Shown: in pieces, positions 17,177 to 26,476 of the stretch
Numbering within the stretch: position 1 is the first letter of the stretch
Layout: every line of letters begins with the position of its first letter
Virus record (IMG/VR): IMGVR_UViG_3300031857_000027
Reading direction: 5' to 3' (one strand)
From: a virus
Length of the DNA: 64,000 bases
The notes under the pieces: generated by a model
The model's input: only the letters and a program-made list of their open reading frames with translations
Told to the model about the DNA's origin: nothing
The model's database searches: none
Program-made: the position numbers and the translations under genes

Positions 17177-18689
17177 CTAGTATCTTCCTCTTCAATTTAA
17201 TCTTTGACATCTCTTGAATGTTCTGTCTTGATTGTGTGCCAAATTTATTCTCAACAAGATTTAGAAATGGTTCATGTGAAAAGTATTTGTGCCATGCTTC
17301 ATCACGAAACTTTAAAACTTCAGCACCAGTTAGTGCTTTTGTTCTGAGTGGTTTACAATCATATGAAAGAAATGCAAACTCTTCAAATGTCTCTGGCAAT
17401 TCCCATTTATTATTAATTGCTTCCATGTATAGTGGACTGCCAGGTAATGCCATTGCTGCATAGAAGTTTGCATGTTCACAATTCAACTCAAGTGCAAGGT
17501 CAAGTGTCTCTTGCATTGTTTCTTGTGTGTCTTCTGGAAAACCAAACATGTAATTACCAAGTACGTTGATGCCTGCATCTTTGATATCTTGTACAACTTC
17601 ACGAATGTCAACTTGCTTAAAGCGACCTTTATCAATCTCTAAACGAACTTGTGGATTACCTGCTTCAATACCAAGTGCAAGCCAATTAACACCTGCTTCT
17701 TTAAATAGTTCAAGTTGATCCTTGCGAACAGAATCAACACGTGCATATGCCCAAAAGTTAAACTTCATACCACGATCAACAAGACCTTGTAAAATAGGCA
17801 CATAGTATTTCTTGTTCAGAAAGAACATTTCATCAGTCAAACGAACTGTACGCACACCGTTTTCCCACAGAAACTCAAATTCTTTGAGCATCAATTCTGG
17901 TGAAAAGAAACGCATACCACGTGAGTCTGACGATACTGTACCTTGCTGATACGATGTACGATTCACGATGTTGATCATACAGAAGTTGCAACCAAATGAG
18001 CAGCCTAATGATGTTGAGATTGCGGCAAACGGTGTACGATCTTCATCTAAGAAGTTTGTATGCCAATAATGTGCCCTGTACTTGTCTAAAAGATTTGTTT
18101 TCTTTGGTAGCAAATCCCATGCATAACCAGGCATTACACGATCCATGTCTTCTGTTTTGACAATTTCTCCTGGTGCACCTGTTGCAGCAAAGCCATGCTT
18201 CTTATAAACAAGACCACGAACTTTATCCAAGTGATCTTTGTAGTTTGTTTGAAGTAGGTCTAGTAAACCATATACACCTTCATTGATGAATACAAAATCA
18301 ACATAAGGTAAACCAATCACATCATACGGCAATGCAGATGCATGAGAGCCAATGAATACAGTTTTGATTGAAGGCCGAATGAGTTTGAGTTGTCTTGCTA
18401 GTCTTGATGCACCAATCATCATTGTGGTGCCTGAGTTTGGATTTTGTCCATAAAGAACAAACACTGCTATGTCTGTATTCGTAGCAGAGATACGATGAGC
18501 CGAATGCTCAAGGTCTGGTGATGGGTCCGCATCAAAGTCTAAGATACAAGGATCATGTCCTTCTTTACGAACTGCTTGCGCCAAAAGGAGTGCCCATGTC
18601 GGCGGCTCAATAGCCGAATATTTTTGTGACAGGTCCTGATAGGCCTGCTTGGCACTGCTTGGTATCACAAATGTCACCACTTTTGACAT
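17169..18689 (-). CDS. B12-binding radical SAM enzyme
   Basis: N-terminal cobalamin-binding domain (IGSHAS, EG), CSFGCNFC, DEMF, GIEAG, MFGFPEDT and PGSPLY. Confidence 0.9.
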   Translation of the reverse strand: MSKVVTFVIPSSAKQAYQDLSQKYSAIEPPTWALLLAQAVRKEGHDPCILDFDADPSPDLEHSAHRISATNTDIAVFVLYGQNPNSGTTMMIGASRLARQLKLIRPSIKTVFIGSHASALPYDVIGLPYVDFVFINEGVYGLLDLLQTNYKDHLDKVRGLVYKKHGFAATGAPGEIVKTEDMDRVMPGYAWDLLPKKTNLLDKYRAHYWHTNFLDEDRTPFAAISTSLGCSFGCNFCMINIVNRTSYQQGTVSSDSRGMRFFSPELMLKEFEFLWENGVRTVRLTDEMFFLNKKYYVPILQGLVDRGMKFNFWAYARVDSVRKDQLELFKEAGVNWLALGIEAGNPQVRLEIDKGRFKQVDIREVVQDIKDAGINVLGNYMFGFPEDTQETMQETLDLALELNCEHANFYAAMALPGSPLYMEAINNKWELPETFEEFAFLSYDCKPLRTKALTGAEVLKFRDEAWHKYFSHEPFLNLVENKFGTQSRQNIQEMSKIKLKRKILGD

Positions 18690-18703
18690 AACAAAAATTC
18701 CTA

Positions 18704-19120
18704 TTAATGAAGTTTTTTATTCTTTGCTTCTTGTATGCTTTGAATAACTTCTTCTATGATTTGATGTTGCACATCTTCTTCTTCTTGCTCTTGTTCTTCT
18801 AAGAGATTATCAATCATCTTATCTGAATCTGCCATCTCTTCAATTGTTCGCTCAACAAGTTTGTCATAGTATCGTATCATTGATTCTTTAGGCTCTACAA
18901 CAGTCACGATGTCTGAATAATAAATCATCGCAGAGTTTTCTTTGATCAACTCTACTGGTAACCATGGCATCATCATCATGACCGTTTGACCTGTAGGTAA
19001 ACGACGAAACACAATACGCATAGGATCGTTGATTTGTATTTGATCAGAATTCTCTTCTTCAAACATAGAAGCCATGATATCTTCACCAGATTGCATTCTT
19101 ATAAGTTTGACGTTATGCAT
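18704..19120 (-). CDS. Conserved T4-like phage protein downstream of uvsW (Sm-like N-terminus, acidic tail)
   Basis: VKLIRMQSGEDI...NDPM...MPW pattern; overlaps the uvsW stop. Confidence 0.6.
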   Translation of the reverse strand: MHNVKLIRMQSGEDIMASMFEEENSDQIQINDPMRIVFRRLPTGQTVMMMMPWLPVELIKENSAMIYYSDIVTVVEPKESMIRYYDKLVERTIEEMADSDKMIDNLLEEQEQEEEDVQHQIIEEVIQSIQEAKNKKLH

Positions 19121-20618
19121 TCTTGACCTCTATATTGTAAAACTTGTACTTAAACTTTTCTTCATCGTATATCCTAACACGTTCTTGCAAGTGTTGCAAG
19201 GTATAGTTTACATGTTTACCTATACGAAAGTCATCGGCTATATCATAGAGAACTGCTTCACTTTTGTTATCACCTATTCTTAGACCTCTACCAATTGATT
19301 GTAGATTTCTAACCCTTGACTTAGACGGTGATGCAAAGATGACATTATGTAGATTGCGAATGTTGATACCCGTACTAAAGGTACCGTATGATGCCACGAT
19401 AATGGCATTGTTTTGTTTTTCGGTAATAGCACGAACTTGTTCACGGACATCAACGTCTGTGCCACCATAAACAAAAAACACATGACGATTGGTGGCCTTT
19501 TCTTCAATCATCTTGTGTAGATGTTTACCATGCTTCTCTACTAGATTGAATAGTATAAGTGAGTTGCCTTCAAGTGACAATGCAAGATTACGTATGAATT
19601 CATTTCTTGCGGTACTTCTTACTATGTAGTCTATCTCAGATTGATAATCCCAACCTCTAGAGAGTTTACACACCTCTTCAGAATATTTCAGTACCAGACA
19701 CTTAATACGGAAGTCTGCCAGTTGTTTATTCTCAATCAGTTTAGCAGTAGTGGTAGACTGATACACAGGACCAAATAGTCCTTCTAACACTAGTTTGTGA
19801 GTCTGTGTGCCGTCAACTGTACCTGTGCAACCAATACGATATGATGCATTCTTCAGACCAGTCATAATGGTAGTCAATGACTTTGCTTTGAACTGATGTG
19901 CTTCATCACCCAATACAAAATCAAATTGCTCAAAGTATTCTGGTGGATTCTTGTAGATAGATTGCCATGTGGTAATGGTTAGAAACTTATCTGTGTGCTT
20001 CTCTTTGCCTGAATACTGACGATGACAATAAGTGTCTGCATCATAACCATATGACTTGAAATCGGAATACATTTGCTCAACAAGTGATGTTGTTGGTACA
20101 ATCAGTAATCCTTTTCTGTAATCTTTGTATTGTAAATACCGAAGAATAAGATACTGTATCAGAGACTTACCTGAACCAGTGGGTGATAACAACAACATTC
20201 TCTTTCTTCTTACGGCAGTAATGAATGCTTTGTATTGATACTCCCTTACACCTTCTGTTATAATGGTCTTGTCCAAATGAAGTTGCTCCAAAAACTCATT
20301 GGCCTCCAATGCTGAAAAACTCTCTGTATTGTTTACAGCAGCATCAACCTCAAGTTTGTAACCTCTTTCTTCACAGAACTTTTCAATGTAAGGTACAAGT
20401 CCATGGTAGATAGTGTATGTTCGTAGGTCAGCAAGTCTTATCTTACCATCCCAAAGACGATTCTTGTACGCTGGCATGAATTGATAACCAGGTACAAAGA
20501 ATGTAAAGTAGTCTGCAAGTTCTTGTGCGACACTTTTCTCACACGTAAACCTGATGAATGCTTCATTTTGTTTATATAATATTAAATCAAACACCTTGTA
20601 TGAATTTTTCCCAGTCAA
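19113..20618 (-). CDS. uvsW: DNA helicase UvsW (true start probably GTG at 20594)
   Basis: WDGKIRL, SPTGSGKS, DEAH and LQSIGRGLR SF2 motifs. Confidence 0.95.
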   Translation of the reverse strand: MTGKNSYKVFDLILYKQNEAFIRFTCEKSVAQELADYFTFFVPGYQFMPAYKNRLWDGKIRLADLRTYTIYHGLVPYIEKFCEERGYKLEVDAAVNNTESFSALEANEFLEQLHLDKTIITEGVREYQYKAFITAVRRKRMLLLSPTGSGKSLIQYLILRYLQYKDYRKGLLIVPTTSLVEQMYSDFKSYGYDADTYCHRQYSGKEKHTDKFLTITTWQSIYKNPPEYFEQFDFVLGDEAHQFKAKSLTTIMTGLKNASYRIGCTGTVDGTQTHKLVLEGLFGPVYQSTTTAKLIENKQLADFRIKCLVLKYSEEVCKLSRGWDYQSEIDYIVRSTARNEFIRNLALSLEGNSLILFNLVEKHGKHLHKMIEEKATNRHVFFVYGGTDVDVREQVRAITEKQNNAIIVASYGTFSTGINIRNLHNVIFASPSKSRVRNLQSIGRGLRIGDNKSEAVLYDIADDFRIGKHVNYTLQHLQERVRIYDEEKFKYKFYNIEVKNA

Positions 20619-21021
20619 TGAATGAACGAAGTTCCCATGTTCGGTTGTTCAATTCTTTTAATATTGCCTGACAGACTTCAACAATTTCTTCATGCAACAA
20701 CTTCTTTGCAAGGTACTTATTGATATCTTCATCCGCTTCTAAGTATGTATTGATCTCAGATTTGAGTGTAAATGGAAATGGCTGCCAACCATATTTGGTC
20801 AAATCTTCATCATCAAGTCTACCTGTATAGTATTCCCATTTCAACTTACGCCATTTGTTGTAGTTGAACTCTGCTTCTTTGGCTAGTAACCGATGTGAAG
20901 AAAGAATGTTCAGATACTTTGAGTGAAGTTTGGGAATATCAATCAGTGCTTTACCTGGTTCAGTGCGGTCAATGTTAGAATCCGCAGTCCACATTTGTAA
21001 TACTTCGTCAAGTTTGCTCAT
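20587..21021 (-). CDS. uvsY: Recombination mediator UvsY
   Basis: IPKLHSKYL, WEYYTG and YLEADED motifs; located between gp3 and uvsW. Confidence 0.9.
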   Translation of the reverse strand: MSKLDEVLQMWTADSNIDRTEPGKALIDIPKLHSKYLNILSSHRLLAKEAEFNYNKWRKLKWEYYTGRLDDEDLTKYGWQPFPFTLKSEINTYLEADEDINKYLAKKLLHEEIVEVCQAILKELNNRTWELRSFIDWEKFIQGV

Positions 21022-21023
21022 AT

Positions 21024-21048
21024 TATACCTCCTATTAGGAGTATATCA
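21024..21048 (-). promoter_or_regulatory. Extended -10 promoter overlapping an SD-sequestering hairpin before uvsY
   Basis: TG-A-TATACT; TATACTCCT-AAT-AGGAG(G)TATA hairpin covers the AGGAGG SD. Confidence 0.55.
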
Positions 21049-21051
21049 CAA

Positions 21052-21591
21052 TTAAAATAATTTTTCTACGTTATAATAGGTAAATCTGAATGTAGCGTCT
21101 GCTGTGATGATTGTATCTGGTGTGTCAGTAGAAGACATAACAAAACCAGATAGTGAAATTGGAAATAAATCTTTGAAGTTGAAACGGTAATAAGGTTTGT
21201 TTGATGCAGAAAGAATAGTCACTGCACCATCAGAATACTGTGGAGTCTTTGTTGGTATTGCTGAAGCAAATTGATTTAGTTTTGACAAATTCTGATATTC
21301 TTCATACTCAGTTGGGAATGTTACTGCACGAAGCCAGTCATGTACTTCTAACCACGACAACATTTCAGCATCAACAATAAAGGTAACATTCAACACATCA
21401 TAGATTGCTTTTTCACCAGGAGCATACAGTTCAACAAATGGGTTCTGTACAGGAATTTCTGAAGTAGAAAGACCAGGTAAAGAAATTGTTTGAGTAAAGT
21501 ATTGCAGATTCGGTGTACGAGCCAGATTCAGCGTAAACTTATTCGGCTGTAACGAATTTGGATTTGTAGGGTTACGTGTAAGGACTGTCAT
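21052..21591 (-). CDS. gp3: Tail completion / sheath stabilizer
   Basis: N.LQPNKF..., PGEK..YD.L...FIVD, W.EVHDWL, SDG..., F.DLFP.SL and ATF.F.YY motifs. Confidence 0.9.
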   Translation of the reverse strand: MTVLTRNPTNPNSLQPNKFTLNLARTPNLQYFTQTISLPGLSTSEIPVQNPFVELYAPGEKAIYDVLNVTFIVDAEMLSWLEVHDWLRAVTFPTEYEEYQNLSKLNQFASAIPTKTPQYSDGAVTILSASNKPYYRFNFKDLFPISLSGFVMSSTDTPDTIITADATFRFTYYNVEKLF

Positions 21592-21596
21592 ACTCT

Positions 21597-21604
21597 TATT
21601 TATG
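21597..21604 (-). promoter_or_regulatory. Late promoter for gp3
   Basis: CATAAATA, a variant of T4 TATAAATA, immediately after the gp23 terminator. Confidence 0.6.
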
Positions 21605-21610
21605 CACCAT

Positions 21611-21639
21611 AAAAAAAGAGGCTCCCGAAGGAGCCTCTC
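21611..21639 (-). terminator. Intrinsic terminator after the major capsid gene
   Basis: GAGGCTCC-TTCG-GGAGCCTC followed by T7 (UUCG tetraloop). Confidence 0.9.
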
Positions 21640-21667
21640 TAAATCCCACTCTACGGTGGTTATTTAA

Positions 21668-23011
21668 TTACATCAGGTTTGCAATACGGAAGCCACGGTA
21701 GTAGTTGTTGCTCTGTGTTGTCAGAGCGCCGAGGCCTTGATCTGTACCTTCTGCGAATGGATTTGCTACCAGACCGTAACGAGTCTTGAAGCCAATCTTT
21801 GGCTGGAATGTACCAGTATCTACAGCACGAACCATTTGCAGCGGTACGTATGGGCAGTAGAACATACCAGCATCGTATGCGTTTGTGCCTTTGTAACCAA
21901 CTACAGCAAATTCAGATGTCGAACCAACTGGGAAGTATGGGTCGATGTAGACTTTGATACGACCGAAGATTGTACCAGCAAATGTGTTGCCTGTATCGTC
22001 AACTGTCAGTGATACTTGACCAGCAAGTGCTGAGTTATAGTCAAGGATACCAGCCATTGCCAGAGCAGAAGCTACGTCTGAAGAACAGATAACGATGTTA
22101 CCTTTTCCACGACGGGTTGTCTTAGCGATTTGGTTTGCTTCACGCTCAATTTGGAATGCCAGACCTTTGATCTTTTCAACCATCCAACGACCGTTTGAGT
22201 CTGTGTCAAGGTTGAATGCGCCTCTAGTTGTTGTACCTGCTTGGCAACCTGGCTTAGCAATCTTGTAGATTGTACGGATAACTTCACGGTTGATTTCAGC
22301 AAGAATTTCAGCGGACAGAATGTTAGCCAGTTCTGTTTCAGCGTCAAGACCATGAACTGCTTTCAAGTCTTGTGCCAGTTCCATTGAGTATTCTGCTTTC
22401 AGCGCACGTGTACGGGCTGTTACAGTGACTTTCTCAATTGAGAATGCCATTTCTTGGAATGTGTTACCAGCAGCGCCATCACCCAGTGCTTCAGCAGAAC
22501 CAGTTGTCATAGCACCAGTTGGAGCAGCGTTACCTGTAAACAGATAATCTGTTGTGTTACCAGCGATTGTCATTGAAGAAGCAACGATTGCACCGTTAGC
22601 ACCCGAGAATGCTGTGTTTGCTTCGTTGTAGAATGCTTCGTTACCGCCTTGTGATGCATACTTAGTACGCATTGCAAAGATCAGACCTGTAGGACCTGTC
22701 ATTGGCTGAACGCCGCAAACGTCATAAGCGATCAGGTTAGGCAGTGAACGACGAACCAGGCTGATCAGGATTGGATCGAAACCAGCAACTGGACCAGCAG
22801 CAGCAGAACCGCCACTAAAACCACCTGTACCAGCAAAGTTAGTTGGTGAACCAGTTTCACTCAGAATACCTGCTTCTTTCATCATTTCTTGAGCTTGGTT
22901 CTCAAGAATTACCGCTGTAACGGCTTTACGATATGGGTCAGCAATTTTTGGCATATCTGGATGATCCAGTACACCTTCCCATTTGTTTTGTAGATTTTCA
23001 GACAAATACAT
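21668..23011 (-). CDS. gp23: Major capsid protein
   Basis: DPILISLVRR, GVQPMTGPTGLIFAMR, RALKAEYS.ELAQDLKAVHGLDAE and FQPKIGFKTRYG. Confidence 0.98.
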   Translation of the reverse strand: MYLSENLQNKWEGVLDHPDMPKIADPYRKAVTAVILENQAQEMMKEAGILSETGSPTNFAGTGGFSGGSAAAGPVAGFDPILISLVRRSLPNLIAYDVCGVQPMTGPTGLIFAMRTKYASQGGNEAFYNEANTAFSGANGAIVASSMTIAGNTTDYLFTGNAAPTGAMTTGSAEALGDGAAGNTFQEMAFSIEKVTVTARTRALKAEYSMELAQDLKAVHGLDAETELANILSAEILAEINREVIRTIYKIAKPGCQAGTTTRGAFNLDTDSNGRWMVEKIKGLAFQIEREANQIAKTTRRGKGNIVICSSDVASALAMAGILDYNSALAGQVSLTVDDTGNTFAGTIFGRIKVYIDPYFPVGSTSEFAVVGYKGTNAYDAGMFYCPYVPLQMVRAVDTGTFQPKIGFKTRYGLVANPFAEGTDQGLGALTTQSNNYYRGFRIANLM

Positions 23012-23035
23012 CTTTGTATCTCCTTAGTTTATTAT

Positions 23036-24130
23036 TTAAATTTTTGTTCTTGAAATTGCATTAACAACCGAAGCAACGTATGGATCAGCGGATACTTTCT
23101 TTTCGCTACCATCGTCTTCTACTTCTTCATGAAGTTGTGCAACATCGGCTTTTTTAACGCCTGATGGGAAGTAATTCTCACGAATTGTCTCAAGTTTTTC
23201 TACGAACTCTTCCTCTGTGGAGAATTCAACACTCTCTGCAAGTGACTTGATTTTTTCTACTTGAGTTGCTGTGAGACCTTCGCAAACTTCATTTACTAGT
23301 TGTACTTTAATTGCTTCAGTAAGTTGTTTCTTGTACTGAATATTGGCTTCAATTTCTTCATTCAATTTAACTTCCAGTTCTTCGACTTTAGATGCAAGTT
23401 CATCTACCAGTTCGACTTTATCTTCTGGAACGTTGATGTAGTTTTCGGCAAACAGATTACGCAAACCAGCAATAAAGTCTTCAGTGATTTCGGAACGCAG
23501 ACCGCTTTCAATAGCGATTTCGTTCTCTTGCATCCACTGCTCTACTACGTAGTTTAGGTAATCATCTACCTTTTCTGTAAGTTCAGATTTGATTTCTTCA
23601 AGAGCCTCGGCTAACATGCCAGCATATTCTGCTTCCATTTGTTCTTGAATCTGTGCAACACGGTCAAATACACGTGCTTCAAAGATTGTAGCAGCCTTTA
23701 CTTTGAAGTCTTCTGAAATGTTTGAATCGTCAGCAAACAATGAAGCAACATCTTCTTTCATTTGTGCTTTCATTTCTGCGATTGCTGATTCGTCATCAAT
23801 CAGTTCTTCTTCTTCGTTGGTTTGTTCAGGCATCATTGCTGTACCTGTACCCGCTTTCATGTTCTTGTCGCCAAGTTGAACATCGCTTGATGCAGCAGAA
23901 GGCTTAGTTGTAGGTGCTGTTGCACTCTTAGCACTACCTTTGCTTGACAACTTGTTAGAATCATCAGTAGGTTTGTTGTTCTGTGGTGTAGGACCGCCTA
24001 AGTCTTCAGGTGTTCCAGGATTGCCTGGAGGTGTATTCTGAGTTAATTTAGGCATTGGCATACCAGGAGCAGATGACTTGCTTCCTGCAAGAATTTCTGC
24101 CGCTGCTTCCATGAGTTTGTTTGTTGCCAT
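23036..24130 (-). CDS. gp22: Prohead core scaffolding protein
   Basis: KAATIFEA, KVDDYLNYVVEQW and ENEIAIE.G motifs; acidic coiled coil; upstream of gp23. Confidence 0.92.
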   Translation of the reverse strand: MATNKLMEAAAEILAGSKSSAPGMPMPKLTQNTPPGNPGTPEDLGGPTPQNNKPTDDSNKLSSKGSAKSATAPTTKPSAASSDVQLGDKNMKAGTGTAMMPEQTNEEEELIDDESAIAEMKAQMKEDVASLFADDSNISEDFKVKAATIFEARVFDRVAQIQEQMEAEYAGMLAEALEEIKSELTEKVDDYLNYVVEQWMQENEIAIESGLRSEITEDFIAGLRNLFAENYINVPEDKVELVDELASKVEELEVKLNEEIEANIQYKKQLTEAIKVQLVNEVCEGLTATQVEKIKSLAESVEFSTEEEFVEKLETIRENYFPSGVKKADVAQLHEEVEDDGSEKKVSADPYVASVVNAISRTKI

Positions 24131-24152
24131 TGAATATCTCCTTATGATTTCT

Positions 24153-24160
24153 TATTTATA
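24153..24160 (-). promoter_or_regulatory. Late promoter (gp22)
   Basis: TATAAATA consensus. Confidence 0.8.
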
Positions 24161-24164
24161 AATT

Positions 24165-24815
24165 TTAAAGTTTTCGTAGGAAGTTTTCGAAGAGTTGTAA
24201 TCCGACAGATTCAACATCTCTGCGTGATGCTTTACGAATTTGCTGTTTAGCATAGTCAATATGTGACTCGACAAACTTACCCTCTACGAACATCCATTCT
24301 TTGTTTTCCATGATGCCCTGAACAAAAGCACCGGGAGCAGAAGGGTCAGCAACGATATCAGCAGCAGTTGCAAGGCGCAGGTCATCTTGTACTAGATTAT
24401 AACCTTCTTTTGTCATTACGACAGAACCCAAAGCACGTGATGAAACACCAAGACCGACACCAGACTCAATGAGATTCTTGGCGATCAAACCATATGGTGT
24501 TTCCATGATGAGTGCTTTACCGACAAATGTATTACCATTCTCTACCAAACTTGTAATCTTGTGTGACACACGTTCTAGATTCAGTGATGGTGTATCTGGA
24601 TGTCCCAGTTCACCAAGCGCACGATTTGTGTTGATATACTCTTCGGTATATCGTTCAACTTCATTGCGAAGTGTGTCCATTTTGTACATACGATTGTTAC
24701 GGTTGACTGCATCGCCAACCAAAAATATACCTTCAATGTAAAGATTCTTTTTACCGTCTTCTGTTTTTTCGGTAAGATATCTTACATTCTCAATATGTTC
24801 TTTAATAAGTTTCAT
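24165..24815 (-). CDS. gp21: Prohead protease
   Basis: LYIEGIFL, NRNNRMY, ALGELGHP, GVSSRALGS and DIVADPSAP. Confidence 0.95.
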   Translation of the reverse strand: MKLIKEHIENVRYLTEKTEDGKKNLYIEGIFLVGDAVNRNNRMYKMDTLRNEVERYTEEYINTNRALGELGHPDTPSLNLERVSHKITSLVENGNTFVGKALIMETPYGLIAKNLIESGVGLGVSSRALGSVVMTKEGYNLVQDDLRLATAADIVADPSAPGAFVQGIMENKEWMFVEGKFVESHIDYAKQQIRKASRRDVESVGLQLFENFLRKL

Positions 24816-25177
24816 TAGATTGATACTCCTGTATATGGATCAACATTGTATGTTGCATACTTGGCCAAGTGTAAAATAATTGTGCCGCCAGTATTGATTT
24901 CAATTACAATGCTTTGAGTGTTATTGTTTGCGACCGAATATCCATAAGAATCAAAATCCATGTCACCACCATTTTGGAGTGCTAACAAAGGTATACCATT
25001 TCGTGTGATACGGATGTTACCATTTGTTGACCACAAAACATGTTTAATGTCGGCGGCGGTAACAGTTTCGGTTGTAGCATTTGCTCTTAAATTATTGAGA
25101 GTGATCGTGTATGTACCAGGATCCACTGCTCGTACAATTGATGAACCTCTTAGAGTATTCGTAATTTCAAATGGCAT
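24815..25177 (-). CDS. Hypothetical virion protein (120 aa)
   Basis: Tightly packed in the head operon; stop overlaps the gp21 start. Confidence 0.7.
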   Translation of the reverse strand: MPFEITNTLRGSSIVRAVDPGTYTITLNNLRANATTETVTAADIKHVLWSTNGNIRITRNGIPLLALQNGGDMDFDSYGYSVANNNTQSIVIEINTGGTIILHLAKYATYNVDPYTGVSI

Positions 25178-25178
25178 T

Positions 25179-25640
25179 TTATTTTAGTCCCATAGCTTGA
25201 CGACGACGCATTGACATTTTTCTTTTCATCAACGTGCGTCTTAGTTTACTTTTTCTTGTTGTTTTCCAAGAACGTTTTAACAAACGTGCTTTGCGTAATC
25301 TTACTGTTGCAGGTATGCGCTTTATTGTATTACCAGAAATACGGTAACCTTTTATTCCTGATTTGCGTACATTTCTCTGTACAACAATTCTACCTTTTTT
25401 ATTGCGACGAATGCGGCGGCGTACCTTTGTAATACGACCCATCTTTTGAATGTTTGGATTGCGTTTCTTAGCCGCTTCCTCTAACACTTCTTCGTCAACT
25501 TCAATCTCTTCAAACATTGCATCAACGACATATGGCTTTGCTTCTTCCATACGAACAGAAGCAATGTCGTTCAGACGTTCAAAGATTAACTCTTTGGCTT
25601 CGTCTAATCTATTTTGCAGAATTAGTTCTACAAAACTCAT
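25179..25640 (-). CDS. Prohead core protein, gp68-like (acidic N-half, very basic C-half)
   Basis: Position between gp20 and gp21; R/K-rich tail ending KRKMSMRRRQAMGLK. Confidence 0.65.
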   Translation of the reverse strand: MSFVELILQNRLDEAKELIFERLNDIASVRMEEAKPYVVDAMFEEIEVDEEVLEEAAKKRNPNIQKMGRITKVRRRIRRNKKGRIVVQRNVRKSGIKGYRISGNTIKRIPATVRLRKARLLKRSWKTTRKSKLRRTLMKRKMSMRRRQAMGLK

Positions 25641-26268
25641 ATAGTTTTCCGAATGTTGCTACAGATTCAGTTAGTTGTTGCCAAAAGATTTCTTTACTAT
25701 CTTCTTCTAACTGACCGTATGTGTTTATGATTTGTTGTTTTGTTTCTTCGTTTAGAGAAATTGTATTGCCATCATTCAGCATCAATTCTTCTGCTTCTAC
25801 TAGTTCTTTAATGTATTCTTCTGCTTGAACTGGAGCATCAACCATTGGACCATAAGGAATGCTAAATGCTCTTTTTATTTTATCACTCCAATACAGAGCA
25901 ATACGTGTGCCGTCTGGATACAATCTTACCGCTTTACGTTTGATTACCAAAACCACTGGAGGGTCTGGTACCAATGGTGTATCCATACGTGCTTCTTCAA
26001 GTTCCACTTCCTCACGAACTGCTTGTCTTGCTTTACCGTAAATCTGTTTACTTGAAACTAAATCTACCATGCGATTGAAAAGATTACGCATGATCTCACG
26101 ATCAGCACTGTTGAACTGTGGGCGTTCTTCACCCATCTTATCCAAGATTTTGTGAATACGAGCCAACTGTGCTTTGTTTGCAAGACCAGCACGAACAAGT
26201 GCATCAAACTTAGAGTAGTCTTGCTTCTCTTCTTCTACGATAGATTTAAATTCAAGTAATGATTTCAT
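25609..26268 (-). CDS. Hypothetical head/internal protein
   Basis: In the head operon; several (L/V)xE sites resembling gp21 cleavage sites. Confidence 0.6.
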   Translation of the reverse strand: MKSLLEFKSIVEEEKQDYSKFDALVRAGLANKAQLARIHKILDKMGEERPQFNSADREIMRNLFNRMVDLVSSKQIYGKARQAVREEVELEEARMDTPLVPDPPVVLVIKRKAVRLYPDGTRIALYWSDKIKRAFSIPYGPMVDAPVQAEEYIKELVEAEELMLNDGNTISLNEETKQQIINTYGQLEEDSKEIFWQQLTESVATFGKLYEFCRTNSAK

Positions 26269-26465
26269 TCTTGCTCTACGGCTTCTTCACTGTCGGTAAC
26301 TTCTTCGTCGCCTTGCTCTTTCCCGCCAAATAAAGTTGCAGCCATTTCTTGCTTACGGCCTTGGAGCGCATCGAACGCTTTTGCGGATAAAACATTTTCT
26401 ATACCTTCTTTTGCGGCGGCGCTATCACCAGCGGCAATATTGTTGACAATATCTTTTAATTCCAT
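26265..26465 (-). CDS. Small acidic prohead core protein, gp67-like
   Basis: Directly after the portal gene; 66 aa with acidic tail. Confidence 0.65.
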   Translation of the reverse strand: MELKDIVNNIAAGDSAAAKEGIENVLSAKAFDALQGRKQEMAATLFGGKEQGDEEVTDSEEAVEQE

Positions 26466-26476
26466 AATAACCTTCC

